34,268 bases of DNA from Polymyxa betae A26-41 (GCA_003693705.1 RBZT01000740.1:1-34268); one strand, 5' to 3'; positions 1 to 16,153 are shown, counted from the first letter of the stretch. Notes: a model not told the origin generated them from the letters alone. Translations and numbers: made by a program.

Positions 1-1014
1 AAGTAGCGCAGATTCATGACAGTCATCGCACCGCTTATCTAACCAATAAAAGGGGACTTTTTACTCGATCCTAACAGAAGTGTTGTGCAGTTCTTTTGGC
101 AACGAGTTGTCCGCGTTGTTCTTCGGGCATATTGCCGGCAAAGCGGCCGGCGTCGATCACAGCTATCGCTTCCGGAGCCAGGTTTTCCTGTATGCATGGT
201 GATACCATTGCTTCGCAAGGTAGCCGCCAATCGGTCCTTGTCGCTCTCTGCCAACATTATTGACAGAATGGTGCTGTCTTCAATAAAGCTGAGGTGAAGG
301 CGGGAGTTCATCACGCCCAGATCCTTCAGGAACTTCGCCACGTTAGGGTTAGAGTGCTAGAGGCCTGAGTACCTGATTCTGGTGAGGAATGCACTCACAT
401 TCAAAAGAGGGGTGTGTGCAGTACTGCTTATGTAGGCCCTGTGACTAACAGCTGTGGAGCTGTTATTGTACCTTTTGGTCAGTTAGTTGATGTGAAGTCC
501 AGGCGCAGTTTCTACAGACAGGCTTATCAGAAACAGCATCAAGGAAAGTCCGAGCATGAACGTTAGCCGTATCTTGTTTATATTGTAGAATGTAGATAGC
601 TAGAAAGAGAAACTATGACAATATTACCAAGATCAGAACGGATATAAGAAGTTATTAGAGGCTTACTTCGATTTTGCGGAATAGGAGGACACTCACGCGA
701 TGAAATTCCTGCTAAGAGGATAAAGTTAGTTCATCGTGATTAAACTGCAAAATATATCAAAATAACTACAAACTATGAAAAAATGTTGGATGATATTTCT
801 GGATTTTGGCAGGCGTGCCGCAGCCTCGAATCCAGCAAGAAGGTTCGAGAGCGGTGAGCAGATCTACCAGCTTATCATTGGGAGGGACAAGCTTTTCCGG
901 CAAGTCCAACTTCGCCTTAAAATACTCCCGCTCCTTCTCGAGCAGGGCGATTCTGCACTTCAGATCACCTACATCGGTCTTCTTCAAACGTCCCAATGAA
1001 TCTCTAGATTGTTT

Positions 1015-1533
1015 CATTAATTTCGTTGGAAATATACTTTTCAAAAACCGGTTCGTAAAGCAGCATGTAGATTCTAATGGATATGTTCTAGTGGCTCTCT
1101 ACAAAGAGAAGAGGTAGACTAGAAAACTGCATCGGATCCTGGCTCAAACCATTATTGAGATTCCAATTGGTTACCCTGTTGTTGACCATATTGATGGAAT
1201 AAACATAATGACAGCCTTGATAACTTGAGATGGGCGACCATTCAAAAGAATGGGCATAATAAAGTCGATAATAATGAGCATTTAAATATCGTGAAAAGAA
1301 ATGACAGAGGTGGACAGATGGTTATAGAATATATTATACAATTTTCGTTGGAAGAATATACAGTATGTAGAAGGACGTTTGACAATCTTGATGATGCCAT
1401 CGCATTTCGCAATATAATACAAACAAAAATCGACAATGAGGAAATTTGCCAAGTTTTTGTAAACCTTTATCAAAACGATATGAAACACATAGGCATAGCA
1501 ATCACGAAATACGGAAAATATCAGCTGAACTGA
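1015..1533 (+). pseudogene. Decayed HNH endonuclease (NUMOD4/HNH_3-type) with AP2-like C-terminal repeat
   Basis: Stitched translation: ...GNILFKNRFVKQHVDSNGYVLVALYKEKR*TRKLHRILAQTIIEIPIGYPVVDHIDG(fs)KHNDSLDNLRWAT...RRTFDNLDDAIAFRN. VDHIDGxKxNxxxxNLRW is the HNH_3 signature. In-frame TAG at 1115-1117 and a 1-nt frameshift near 1198-1200. No introns. Confidence 0.8.
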
Positions 1534-1908
1534 TATCGTGATATGATCCAGCATAACCCGAATCAATAGAGATAATCAGCCCATCATGGTCATCCGCGAT
1601 AGTATGTTGAAACCATTATCAAGTTGAAATAATCGGTCAAATCTCGAAAGAATGTGACTTTTCTGCAAGCAGCCTTCGGATTCCAAACTATAATTTTCAT
1701 CACAATCGTTCCGAGTAGTTTTTGGCCAGCATGTCAGGCTAAAATATCAGAGGCTCCAAAAGTCCTGAACCCATTCTCTGCAATAAAGCTGCTATAACTT
1801 ACCCCATACTTTTTCGTTCTATCTTTACTGACGGCCCGGGCTCTCTCGGTGTCATAAACCTGCCGTATAGCTGGTCTGACCACTCAGCAAATTTTCTTTT
1901 GAGGCGAT

Positions 1909-2238
1909 ATGAGATATTGCTTTGCGTTGGATCTGAAAGATGACCCAGAGCTGATCACTGAGTATGAGCGTCTACACAAACGGATCTGGAAGGAAATCGA
2001 GGACAGCATCAAGCAACAGGGTATCACCGATTTGGAAATCTATCGGGTGGGTAACCGTCTCTTCATGATCATGGAGACAGATTATCAAATTTTCTCGTTC
2101 GAAGCCAAGTCAGCTGCTGACGCTGCCAATCCCAAAGTACAAGAATGGGAAGAACTTATGTGGAAATACCAGCAGGCTTTACCATGGGCCAAACCGGGGC
2201 AAAAATGGATCTTAATGGATCGTATTTTCAAATTGTAA
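1909..2238 (+). CDS. rhaM: L-rhamnose/L-fucose mutarotase (RhaM/DUF718 family), intronless
   Basis: Intact 109-aa ORF MRYCFALDLKDDPELITEYERLH..IWKEI...GITDLEIYRVGNRLFMIME...NPKVQEWEELMWKYQQALPWAKPGQKWILMDRIFKL, matching the family pattern along its whole length. Confidence 0.9.
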   Translation: MRYCFALDLKDDPELITEYERLHKRIWKEIEDSIKQQGITDLEIYRVGNRLFMIMETDYQIFSFEAKSAADAANPKVQEWEELMWKYQQALPWAKPGQKWILMDRIFKL

Positions 2239-2795
2239 ACTATTGACCAAAAGTGCATAGACAAATCAACAAATGCTGACAGAAAATGCCCTGGCCAATG
2301 CACTTCTTTACATTTTCCTGCATTATCTAGCAAGTTCGGTTAGTTGCGTTGCCGCTTCAGAATTATCCTGACAGAAATCCTTTCAGCTATGTATAAATTG
2401 ACATTATCTTGATGCTTTGTCAACGTCTTCATAATGCTGGATCCAACAAGCGGATTCTCTTGCCTTTCGATGGTGATTATTAGTTCGCATCCTGTATAAA
2501 CAGTACAGTCCCTCATTCATCACAAGCTATCGATTGTATTCATTTCGCTCACCGATGGAACGAAAAACTGACATCGCTTCTATACCAAAGAGTTATCCTG
2601 CAATATTCTGTCAACTACACTCTTTCTTCAATGCTATCTAACTAGACATTGGTTGCTCTTTGAACGAATCGAAGTCTCTACTTTCTATGTGTGATTTTCA
2701 GTATCTTTAGCCAAGAGATAGTAGTTAATAGATCGCATGAGATTGAAACCTACAGATATGCAAATCCTGATTATTGCGTTGACGGCGTATAAACA

Positions 2796-6312
<3,517 letters not shown>

Positions 6313-6551
6313 CGCTTCGGTTTTCAGCTTTTGCTTTTCCAGTGGTTAATGCAGAACGCGGTCAGCGCATTTCGCATCGGTGATCAACGCAAATCGGATT
6401 TTGAAAATGAAGATTGAAAGCAAAATGAAGATTTCAAACTTTGAAAATCTCGCACGTCCATACAACAATTGCAAATGTCGATGAGTGTCATATTAACTTC
6501 AATTTATAAAAGGATGCCGGGATAAATTAAAAATTGAGTTTCAGAAGGTTT

Positions 6552-8957
6552 CTATCGATATCGCTGTTGGCCATGTTGTTGTGGATATCGCTGTGGCTGG
6601 CGATGAGGTGGTGGAAATTGCCCATTTGGCGGCGGTGCTGCTGCACCGTACCCAGGCGGTGGGTACCTAAACGGTGGTGGTGGACCACCACGCCACATCA
6701 TCGGCGGCATCATTGGAGGCATTGGACCGGCTCCTCTCCACATCATCTGCGGTGCCACTTGATGCGGTGGTGGATGGCTCTGAGATGGAAATGGCGGCTG
6801 ATGCCAGCGTTGTTGTGGCGGCTGAGGCAACGACGGTGGTTGAGGTAGGGGCTCGAACCGAGATTTCTTCACTGGCGGTTGATCTGCCTGAGTCGCTGGT
6901 GGTACAGATGGCGCCGTCGTAGATGCCTGGACAGAGAAATTAGAAAAGATATTAAGCAACAGAGCAACGAACAGAAGCAGGTTCAGGTGCTGATTCAGGG
7001 GCGGAACCAAGACCAGGGATAAAAACGCCGCCATCGACGTCGTCATCATCGTCACCACCGCCGATTTCAGCACCAGCTCCTGGATACCCGGGCCGCATCC
7101 CGAATCGCGACTGCGGGTTGAACTTCGACATCTGAGCCAGCACGGCCAGTGCTTCTTTACGCGTTTCTTCTGGCAGTTGGTTCACATTATATTTGTCCTA
7201 TACGAAACTTTGATGAGAAACAGCTCGGAGAAAAACAGGTTCTCGAAATCAAACCAAGAGAATATAAAAACCCAAACAATCTTAGATAGCGATGAGAAGC
7301 TTAAACAAAGAACCAAACAACGAAACCTTCATCTCGTCTCCAGGACGATTTCTCGTCCAGAATCTGGCAGTTTGATCATTAGAGCCACTAGCCAACATAT
7401 GCCCTAATGGATGCCAATCCATATCCCAAACTGATCCATCATGAGCTTCAGCGATCTCAGCTTGGGATTTTTCTTCTCCAACCACCCAGAACAAAATGGT
7501 TCCATCAAAAGACCCCGAACATAGCACCTCCTAAGTCATTTGTCAGCAATGTAATCAACCGAAAGGGATGGTTTCGACTTCATGGAATGGGTGCCAAGCC
7601 ATACTGGTAATTTCCCGATTGTGCCCTTTCAAATTTGATAAAGTTCGCATCGTTCGAATATCCCAAATCTTGACGATTTGGTCGCGTGATCCCGTAGCTA
7701 ACCAGTTCCCATTACGGTTCCACTTCGCTTTAGTGACTGTGTTCTTGTGTCCATGCATTGTACAGATCTCTTTACCAGATTTTGGGCACCACAGCTTGAG
7801 AAGGTTGTCTTTAGAGCCGCTAGCCAATAGACTTTTGTATGGGTGCCAATCGACACATTTTGCATCCCAGTGATGGCCTTTCAGCTCGACAAGCTGTGAG
7901 CATCAATATTAACCACAGCCAGGGAAATATTTCATGGGCAATTTTTGATAATTCAAGCAAAAAGAAAATCGTCTCACCATCTGGGCTTCGCGGAAATCCC
8001 AAACTCGAACAGTTCGATCATCAGAAGCTGAAGCGAATAAGAAATCAGTGGGGCAAAAAGAGAGATCCCGAACGGATTCGGTGTGCGCCTGGAATGCTTT
8101 GACATTATTCATAGAGGCCTGCCAATACTTGACAGTGCCTCGTTCATCTGAAGACACTAACCACGTTCCATCATGGGACCAAATCATACAACGAATTGGA
8201 TCTAAGTAAGCAAAGTATCAATAAGCAGTTCGCTGATGGAGTTGCGCCAGGGAAATATAAATCAGAAAAAGAGAGAAGTACAGCCAGTAGAAACAGACAG
8301 CCGAGATAAAAACACCGAAACGAAATCAAAAATGAAAGCGTACCGCTGTGCGCTTGGAGAATAGTCTCAAAATTAAATTGCAATCCATTCCACAGTGTGA
8401 ACTCTCCTGAATGTGAACCAGTGATCATGCGTTTTCCTTCAGGAGTCCAAGTTAGAGCATTAACAGGACGTCGAACCTAAACGGTTCTGTCAGAATCATA
8501 AAGGCCGAGGTATACGACCACAGACAGCAATACCTTGTTAATAACAGTTTGAACGAATTTGGTAGTAAATGCATTAGCAGGAGTGCCCATATATGCACCA
8601 GCTGGTTCTAATTTGCGAACATAATCCATTGCTGGCTGTAAATGAGGCCTCCTGCTCACAGGATCACGATAGCATCGTTCCTGATGCAAGCAAATTAAAA
8701 CTCATACAAAAAAAGCATATATTAACGGATTGAATTTTGGTCAAAATTATAAACAGAAAAGGGAATTAGCTCACCTGTAGATATTTAACAATGGTAGGAT
8801 AAAAATCGATGGTCTTTCTGACGACAGGGTTCTCACGTTTCCGCTTGCCATCATAAACAATCTTTGGTCCACGCATCCCTCCTGGCATTCGGGGCGCGTA
8901 GACGCCATCCCCAGAGACGAACGACTCGGATCGGACGGCAGTCACCGACGTCGCCAT
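6552..8957 (-). CDS. WDR33: pre-mRNA 3'-end processing WD40 protein WDR33/PFS2/FY (multi-exon)
   Basis: Spliced reading: [105 protein letters not shown], then a Pro/Gln-rich tail. Start assumed at the ATG at 8957. Confidence 0.93.
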
Positions 8958-9389
8958 CAGCGAAAACGATTCGGGAACGACGGTCGCGCACTCTGTTGGT
9001 CTTTCTGAATTGATATAGAGAGCGCAACCCATCATGATTACGCTGTCATGTTTCTGGTTTCTTTCGTCATCGCCAATCAAGTTGCAGCGTATGGTTCGAT
9101 CACGGGTGACAGGAAGGCATGACACCAACGTGCTTTTTGTCAGGTCAGTACGGTAGACCAAACTTTTTTTGTATCCACCTAAATTGAATAATAAACTGAA
9201 ATTGCGATGGAAAACATTCGAGAATTGACACGTTGCAGGTTATACGCATCTGTCGTAGAAGATTCAGCTTTCTTATTATTAAGCGAACCCTGGTTTGAAA
9301 AGTGCGATACAAATTTTCATCGGATTTTTAATTGCGACTCTGACGTCGTTTTGATGGTATCGCGTCTCCCTAAAGACTGCAGTTTCTGA

Positions 9390-10810
9390 ATGGAATCGCA
9401 GTCGAGACGGCATATCCAGGATGGCTGTGCTTCCAGCAAGCACCCTCGTCATCGGGAACCGGCCCGCACCCATCCTCCCTGGCAGCATGGAATCGCTGGC
9501 CTTGTATCTGGTATTTTTACCGAATCTATTTTGCATCCTCTGGATCTGGTATGACTTAACCCTAAACTTGTCGACCACAGCAAGTTTAAAACTTGATGTG
9601 ATATCTCTTATAAATTTGTTTATAACTGCCTCCATGCTGCTTCTGGCTATTTGAGACTTCATAACTTTCTTTTCTGTCTTTCATGTTTAAATCTTTTTTT
9701 TCTAGGTAAAAACACGTATGCAAGTTCAAAGGAGTGGTATAGCCCTTCCTGGAGTTCAGCATTACAACAACCTGATGTCAGCGTTCCCGACTATTATTCG
9801 CAACGAAGGCGTATTAGCTCTTTATAAGGGAATCAGGCCAAATCTTGTCGGATCCGGTGTCGCCTGGGGTTCATATTTCTGTGTCTATAATTTCGTGAAA
9901 TCTGTATGGTCGAAGCATCAAAATCCGGACGAAGAGCTCGGTCCAGTTCATCATCTAACGAGCGCCGCCTTTGCAGGACTCACAACATGCTGCATCACCA
10001 ATCCGTATGACCGCTTCTCTGTAGTTTTGTACACAGTATTGACTTTGATACAGAATCTTGATGGTCAAGACACGACTTCAGCTGCAATTTCAAACCGCTC
10101 ATTCAAATGTGTACGACTACAAAGGTGAAAGGTTTTAATCCTATTTCTGTGAAACTCATTTTTTAGGTATGGTTGATGCGTTTCAACGAATCATTTCAGA
10201 GGAGGGCTTCCTAGCACTCTACCGAGGCCTGGGTGCAGCAATGACTTTAGTATCGAACGGTGCTCTTCAATTCATGGCATATGAACAGCTGAAGAGGTTC
10301 ACGCTGGATTTCATCGTTGATGGAGAGGAATCCACACTGAAACCAATTCATTTTCTAGCCATGGGCGGTATCGCCAAGATGTTTAGTGTTAGTATCACAT
10401 ATCCATTACAGGTTCGTACTAGCACAAGAAATTTTTCGGAAAGCAAATGCTGATACTGGTCTTACTTTATGTTTTACTTTGTCGTTTTGCCTTATCGAAG
10501 ATGTGCTTAGCTGCAAGGTTTGTAGGTGACCAGATCACGACTGTATCAACGTCAGTTGCCAGGTGTTACAGGACCTGATGCTGGCCATTATCTGTATAAA
10601 TCTGCTCGGGACGTCTGGAGGCAAATATATCTGTATGATGGGTTCACCGGATTCTATCGGGGTCTTTCACTGCAGTTTTTGAAAGTAAAGCACACTGCTT
10701 TGGTAACAACACCAATATGTTGATGTTGTCTGTAGTCGGTACCGAGTTCTGCTTTGACCTTCCTGGCATATGAAGAAGTTCTTCGACTATTCAAAGAATC
10801 GGCCTATTGA
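9390..10810 (+). CDS. Mitochondrial carrier, folate/FAD (SLC25A32-like), paralog A
   Basis: Three carrier repeats over 6 exons: LHPLDL|VKTRMQ, TNP|ILMVKTRLQ, TYPLQ|VTRSRL. Also PNLVGSGVAWGSYF and LVSNGALQFMAYEQLK, typical of the folate carrier subfamily. Ends ESAY* at 10808-10810. Confidence 0.88.
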
Positions 10811-11010
10811 ATTGTCCTGATTGTTTAAAATCAATGTTGATAATGTTAATCTATTGGAGAATACATCGATTATTTAATTGTGAAAATCAATCATGGATAG
10901 GCATTTTAAAAAACTGAAAGGGATTTTGTTTTCAGCTGCTGTTCTTGGTGAGGTCCGTACGGCGTGGTCCGGTTGCTACCTGTAAGGATCAAGCTGATTC
11001 CCTGGTAATC

Positions 11011-12451
11011 ATGGAGTCGGAGACGCTGCAAGAGCATCCGAACCCGACGCAAGGACGTCATCGGCATAAAGATTCAGCCCGTACTCATCCACCATGGCAG
11101 CATGCTCTTGCTGGTCTGGTTTCCGGTGTTTTCTCCAAATCTATCTTACAGCCTCTCGATCTCGTACGATTTCTATTCGTCCTGTGGCCGCAGACTAATT
11201 TAGTAGTTTTTCGTTCACAAGATTGTTGATCTTTAAATCAAGTTGGCCTATGCAAATTTGTTTATTTATGCTGCTATGTTAGCAATCGTCGGGTTTTAAT
11301 TGTTGGGATAGCTAATTGTCCAGATGATCAACTTTTTGATTGAATGGAAGATTTCTTCAGGTGAAAACTCGGATGCAAGTGCAAAGAACCGGTATGGCCC
11401 TGCCTGGAGCTCAATATTACAATGGTTTTATGTCAGCATTCCCCACTATTGTTCGCAATGAGGGCGTACTGGCTCTGTACACTGGCCTCTGGCCAAATCT
11501 GGTGGGATCGGGTATGGCTTGGGGATCATATTTCTGTTTCTACAACGCGACCAAACGTTTCTGGGCCCAGCATCGCAATCCTGATGACGAGCTCGGCCCA
11601 ATTCATCACCTGACCAGTGCCGCTGTTGCTGGAATTGCCACATCTTGTCTTACGAACCCGTAATATTCAAATTTCTGCATTATATGATTCTTGATCCTAC
11701 CTATAGAGTCTGGATGGTGAAGACACGGCTACAACTACAGTTTCGAACAGCGCCCTCACATATCCATGATTACAAAGGTTCGAGTGAATTTTCTTTGAAA
11801 TTTAATGATCATCTGGAACAGGTATGATGGATGCTTTTCGGCGTATTATCAAGGAGGAAGGGTTTCTGGCATTATATCGGGGTTTGGGGGCGTCTTTAAC
11901 TCTGGTTTCTAATGGTGCATTGCAATTCATGGCTTACGAACAGCTGAAACGACTCACGCTGGATTATGTCGTTGATGGAGATGAGGCATCCCTAAAGCCT
12001 GTTCATTTTCTAGCTATGGGTGGTATTGCCAAGATGTTCAGCTCTAGTATGACCTACCCTTTACAGGTCATGCCTCTTTACCATTGCTGCAACTGTGTCG
12101 TCTTAATGGTCTACTTGTAGGTGACGAAATCACGACTGTATCAGCGGCAACTGCCAGGAGCATCTGGCGGTCCTTATCTGTATAAATCTGCTCGTGATGT
12201 CTGGAAACAGATCTACATTCATGATGGGTTTACTGGTTTCTATCGTGGCCTTTCTTTGCAGCTTTTGAAGGTAACCACTCTTGCTATTCACGTTTCAAAC
12301 CGTTGCCATTTCTTTCATCTTGACTGTTTACTCCTCTTATTTTTGTTCCTTATTCGTATTGATGTTGTTTTTGTAGACCGTACCAAGCTCCGCATTGACA
12401 TTCTTGGTATACGAAGAGGTCCTTCGCCTGTTCAAAGAGTCTTCTTATTAG
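11011..12451 (+). CDS. SLC25A32: Mitochondrial carrier, folate/FAD (SLC25A32-like), paralog B (tandem duplicate)
   Basis: Same exon structure as paralog A. Motifs LQPLDL|VKTR, TNP|VWMVKTRLQ (family PxW signature present), TYPLQ|VTKSRL. Ends ESSY* at 12449-12451. Confidence 0.88.
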
Positions 12452-12995
12452 ATTGTTGAGATGTCCCTTGTTCACATAGAGGAATCGGCCCGCTATATCT
12501 ATCGATCTTTACCAAGTGTCAGATATAAACTTGCATTGTTTGACATTGTATCTGTGATTCATAGAAAACATCTCTTCGATGAGAAGAAATCCAATCGATC
12601 TCTTTGAGAGGCTAGTTCTTTTTCTGCAGCTGTTCAAAAACCAAGTGATAGGCTGTATGCCTTTTGGTATGTACTGATAACAATTCGCGAGCCCATAAAC
12701 ATGACTGCATCATCGAGCTGGCTGAAAGGTTTGACGACAGATCTTGATTTGACTTCCCCTTCGACAAACATCTGCATACCTTTTTTGTAAGCTGCTCCAT
12801 TGCCATTAACATCATGTACGAAAGAATGTATCCTTGGATATGATAAGAGTGAATCAGTGAAATGACTGTTGGAGGTGCAGCCCACCGCGATCACCCTTTA
12901 CTCAGTGGATAGTGCACCTGTACTGTATCTATCGGCCATCATTCATCCTTTTATCACTTTTCAATAGATTTATCGGAAGCAGACAGGTCATCGTC

Positions 12996-14755
12996 ATGGG
13001 CCTGGTACATCCCGTATCCTGTCAGGTCGTACAAAATTTCGTCCATGGGCCTCTGGTCATTGGTCGGTCTTCAATGCAGGTTCCTTAGATAAGATTTTTC
13101 ATCGAAACTTTCTTTTCTACATTCCTTAATGTCTCGTAATTGCAATGAATTGACCTTCCTATCTACATTGCAGTTATGTTCCCTTTATTATAGTTCAGCT
13201 GTTTTGATATGACATTAGTCTGGTTCATATTCAAAGCAGGGATTTCGGCAAACGATGGAAGACTCTCTCACGATCGCTACAGAATTAGAAAATCACCCAG
13301 GATGCTCGTTTTTCGCAATTTACGATGGTCACGGCGGTACCGAGGCTTCTGAATTCGCTCAACGTGAAATTGTTAAAAGAATCAATTCCCTGAATCAGTT
13401 AAATGATGATGGAATTCGTCGCGTCATTCATGAAGCTGATCAAGAATTTTTACAAAGTTCTAATAAGGTACATATTCGCGTCGTCGTTTTGCTTTAGTTT
13501 TAAGCAGTTTACATCGCCAAGATAGTTGCAATTGGCCTAATATCTTGAAGCTTTTCCTATTTCTATTAGCACCCGTCGTTATTTAAGCTTCGCTTCATCA
13601 TAGAAGAGAAAACATGGTTCTTGTGCCATTATGGCTGTCGTTAAACAAGATCAAGATTCATTCGAAGTTATTTGTGCTAACGTTGGAGATTCAAGGATGG
13701 TGTTGGGCACAATTCCTACGACGTTGCATGAACGTGTTCAATTCCAAGTATTAAACAGAGACCATAAACCAGATTCAAGCGTTGAGAGAGAGCGCATTGA
13801 GAAAGCTGGTGGGTTTGTAGATTCTGGTCGAGTTGATGGCACGCTAGCAGTCTCCAGAGCTCTGGTCAGTACATTTAATGACAAATTCGCCAGCGTTACC
13901 TCATAAAAGTGTTAGGGTGACTGGGTATTCAAGAATAATGCCAACCTTCAACCACATCAACAGGTATCGCATTTCTTTTTTCTCTTTGTTACTCGAGATT
14001 GCATTTTTAACATCTTTTGTTTCTCGTCGTGTTTACAGTCACTCATGAGGGTCTCCGATCAGAAAGTAATATCGGTTCCAGAGTTTTTCCATACCTCTGC
14101 GGGCAAGAATAACTTCTTGCTATTGGGTTGCGATGGAATTTTCGAAGCGCTGTCTAATTCGGATGTTGCTTCAATTATTGGGAGAGCCTTGTGTCAAACG
14201 AAGCTGGAGGATATGAGCGCTGTGCTAATATCCCTTCTAACAGCTTCCCTGGAAGCCGGGTCTCGAGGTAGCCCATAAAGATTTAGAAAAACCGTCCCCA
14301 CATAACTTGCTTCTCAGATAATATGACTGCCATATTAATTACCTTTAATCGGTCATCGCAAAAGAGCTCAGAGAAGACTTTCATCCAGACAAGCCTCTCG
14401 GATAAGTTTGAGGAATTATCGTAAGCCTCAGTTGCTTCATCTGCAATTCGCCGTTAAAATATGTTTTCAGATGGTCACAAAGAAACGAATTTTTTAAGGT
14501 TCCAACATGGTTATCATGCCTTATTCTGCATCCTAAACGTGCTTATAGGCGTATTTGGCTTTTGCTGGTTCTGAAGGCTTTGAATCCGAGGCTAGGAGAT
14601 TTTTACAAAAATACTATGGTTACGATAATCGAAATAGTTCGCCTCATAAATCTCGGTCGAAACGCAAGAAACCAGGCTCTGGACAGTTCAATTTCCTCAT
14701 TCTGGTATCTCTAGGAGTCATTATAGGCTCATACGTTTTCTCACAATTGCATTAA
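12996..14755 (+). CDS. Protein phosphatase 2C (PPM family) with predicted C-terminal transmembrane tail (multi-exon)
   Basis: SMQ|GFRQTMED, FAIYDGHGG, GSCA, ANVGDSR, DHKP, RVDGTLAVSRAL|GD, LLGCDGIFE, GSR|DNMT. The final exon ends KRKKPGSGQFNFLILVSLGVIIGSYVFSQLH*. Confidence 0.9.
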
Positions 14756-14974
14756 GTGATGCAGTTACCTTCATAACAATGATTCCATCTACTCCATATT
14801 GTTATTAATAACGTTATATAAGTAAACAAATTCAATGTTATATAGGAATGGATTTATCGTTTACTATAAGCACAGTACTGGAAGTCATCACCCCAAAATT
14901 GTGCCAAATCAAGCGGAAAAGCGAGAACGTTGATTTCACTTTCAGACTTACAAAAACAAGGCGTCCGCAATCCG

Positions 14975-15058
14975 CGGAAGCTTTCGTCCGCAAGGCACCC
15001 TGAAACAGACGGACAAACCGAGCGCGTTAACCAGTTGTTCGAGCAGTACCTGCGATTC
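14975..15058 (+). mobile_element. Ty3/gypsy integrase remnant
   Basis: KLSSARHPETDGQTERVNQLFEQYLR matches the S.AxHPQTDGQTERVNQ.LEQYLR segment around the integrase catalytic Glu. Flanks do not continue the domain. Confidence 0.8.
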
Positions 15059-16153
15059 GACGCCATTATCGCCACGAAAGCTCGGGCCACCCCAATCTAT
15101 ACACGAAAACAATCAGCACAGGGTATACAAACTACAGAACAAACAAACAGTTTTGCTATACTGGCCCAGAAAGACCTTCAAGCGAAAAGGTAGAGTCATA
15201 TGCGTTCCATCAGAGATAAGACCGAAGAAAATGTACAAATAAAGCATTCAGAAAAGCAGCCAACTGTTTCGACAAATTCAGAAAACTTATAAAAACATTA
15301 ATAAACTGAGAAGAGATAAAATTTCAAAAATGGGCAGCATCCAACCTAGCCGATAAGATTGCTGAAAATGAATACCGATTTGAAGCCAACATTTCGTCTG
15401 CAAGAACCCGGACCGCCCCGACCTATACGAGAACTATCAGTTTGAGACGTAAAGACTGATCAACGAACAAACAGCAATGCCAGACAGACCAGGAGGGGCC
15501 ACTCAGCCAACAAGTGAAACCCCTAACGACGCGTCTTATATGAAACGGGTACAAAGACTGTAAATACTCCTGAAGAAGTACCTGAACGTCCAGGTCGGTG
15601 TCAGCTTTTAGAAAGTGATCGATTCGAGAGAGCAATTTGAGAATGGTCAGAAGAGCGATTCGACCTGTGACAAGGAGTTACAATAAAATGTTGCGGTGCA
15701 AACAATTGCAATTTGTATTTCGCATGAAAGCGCAGATAGAGTAGGAAAGAGACGCAGATTTTTGCGGATGGTCTCACATTCGTTCGATTCTGAAACGCAG
15801 ATTTCCGCTGGAATTCTGTGACTCGACTGTGATTCGATTTGAAATAACCGTTGCTGAATAAGACAGTTTTCGCAACATCGTTCATACATAGAAATAATAC
15901 ATAGATTCTCGGCACACAGACTTCCAGGCACAGTTTGGCAGGCCGCGTCTATAGATGGATTCTGTATCTGAACACAAAATTCCAGAAATCTGTATATCCT
16001 ATTTTTAAATATACAGATGCTCATCACAGAGTGTTTCTTCATTCTCAGGGCTACGCAAAGGAACGAACATCGACCTAGATTTACATTTGCTCTTATTAAT
16101 AGTTATTACACAAACGATATTATATATTTGTTGCTTAGACATGCGCTCTGGCG

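Noticed and set aside
39-1044. Minus-strand ORFs 39-341 and 766-1044
   Set aside because: No recognisable motif. They are probably decayed mobile or viral sequence, but no product can be supported.
6534-6922. Plus-strand ORFs rich in Trp/Arg/Val/Ala
   Set aside because: Antisense shadows of the Pro/Gln-rich last exon of WDR33.
12612-12894. Protein-like minus-strand ORF between carrier B and PP2C
   Set aside because: No identifiable family, no clear start or splice structure.
15200-15400. KFQKW-containing A-rich frame, possibly the end of a Bro-N domain
   Set aside because: The match is only a few residues and the frame is interrupted by stops.
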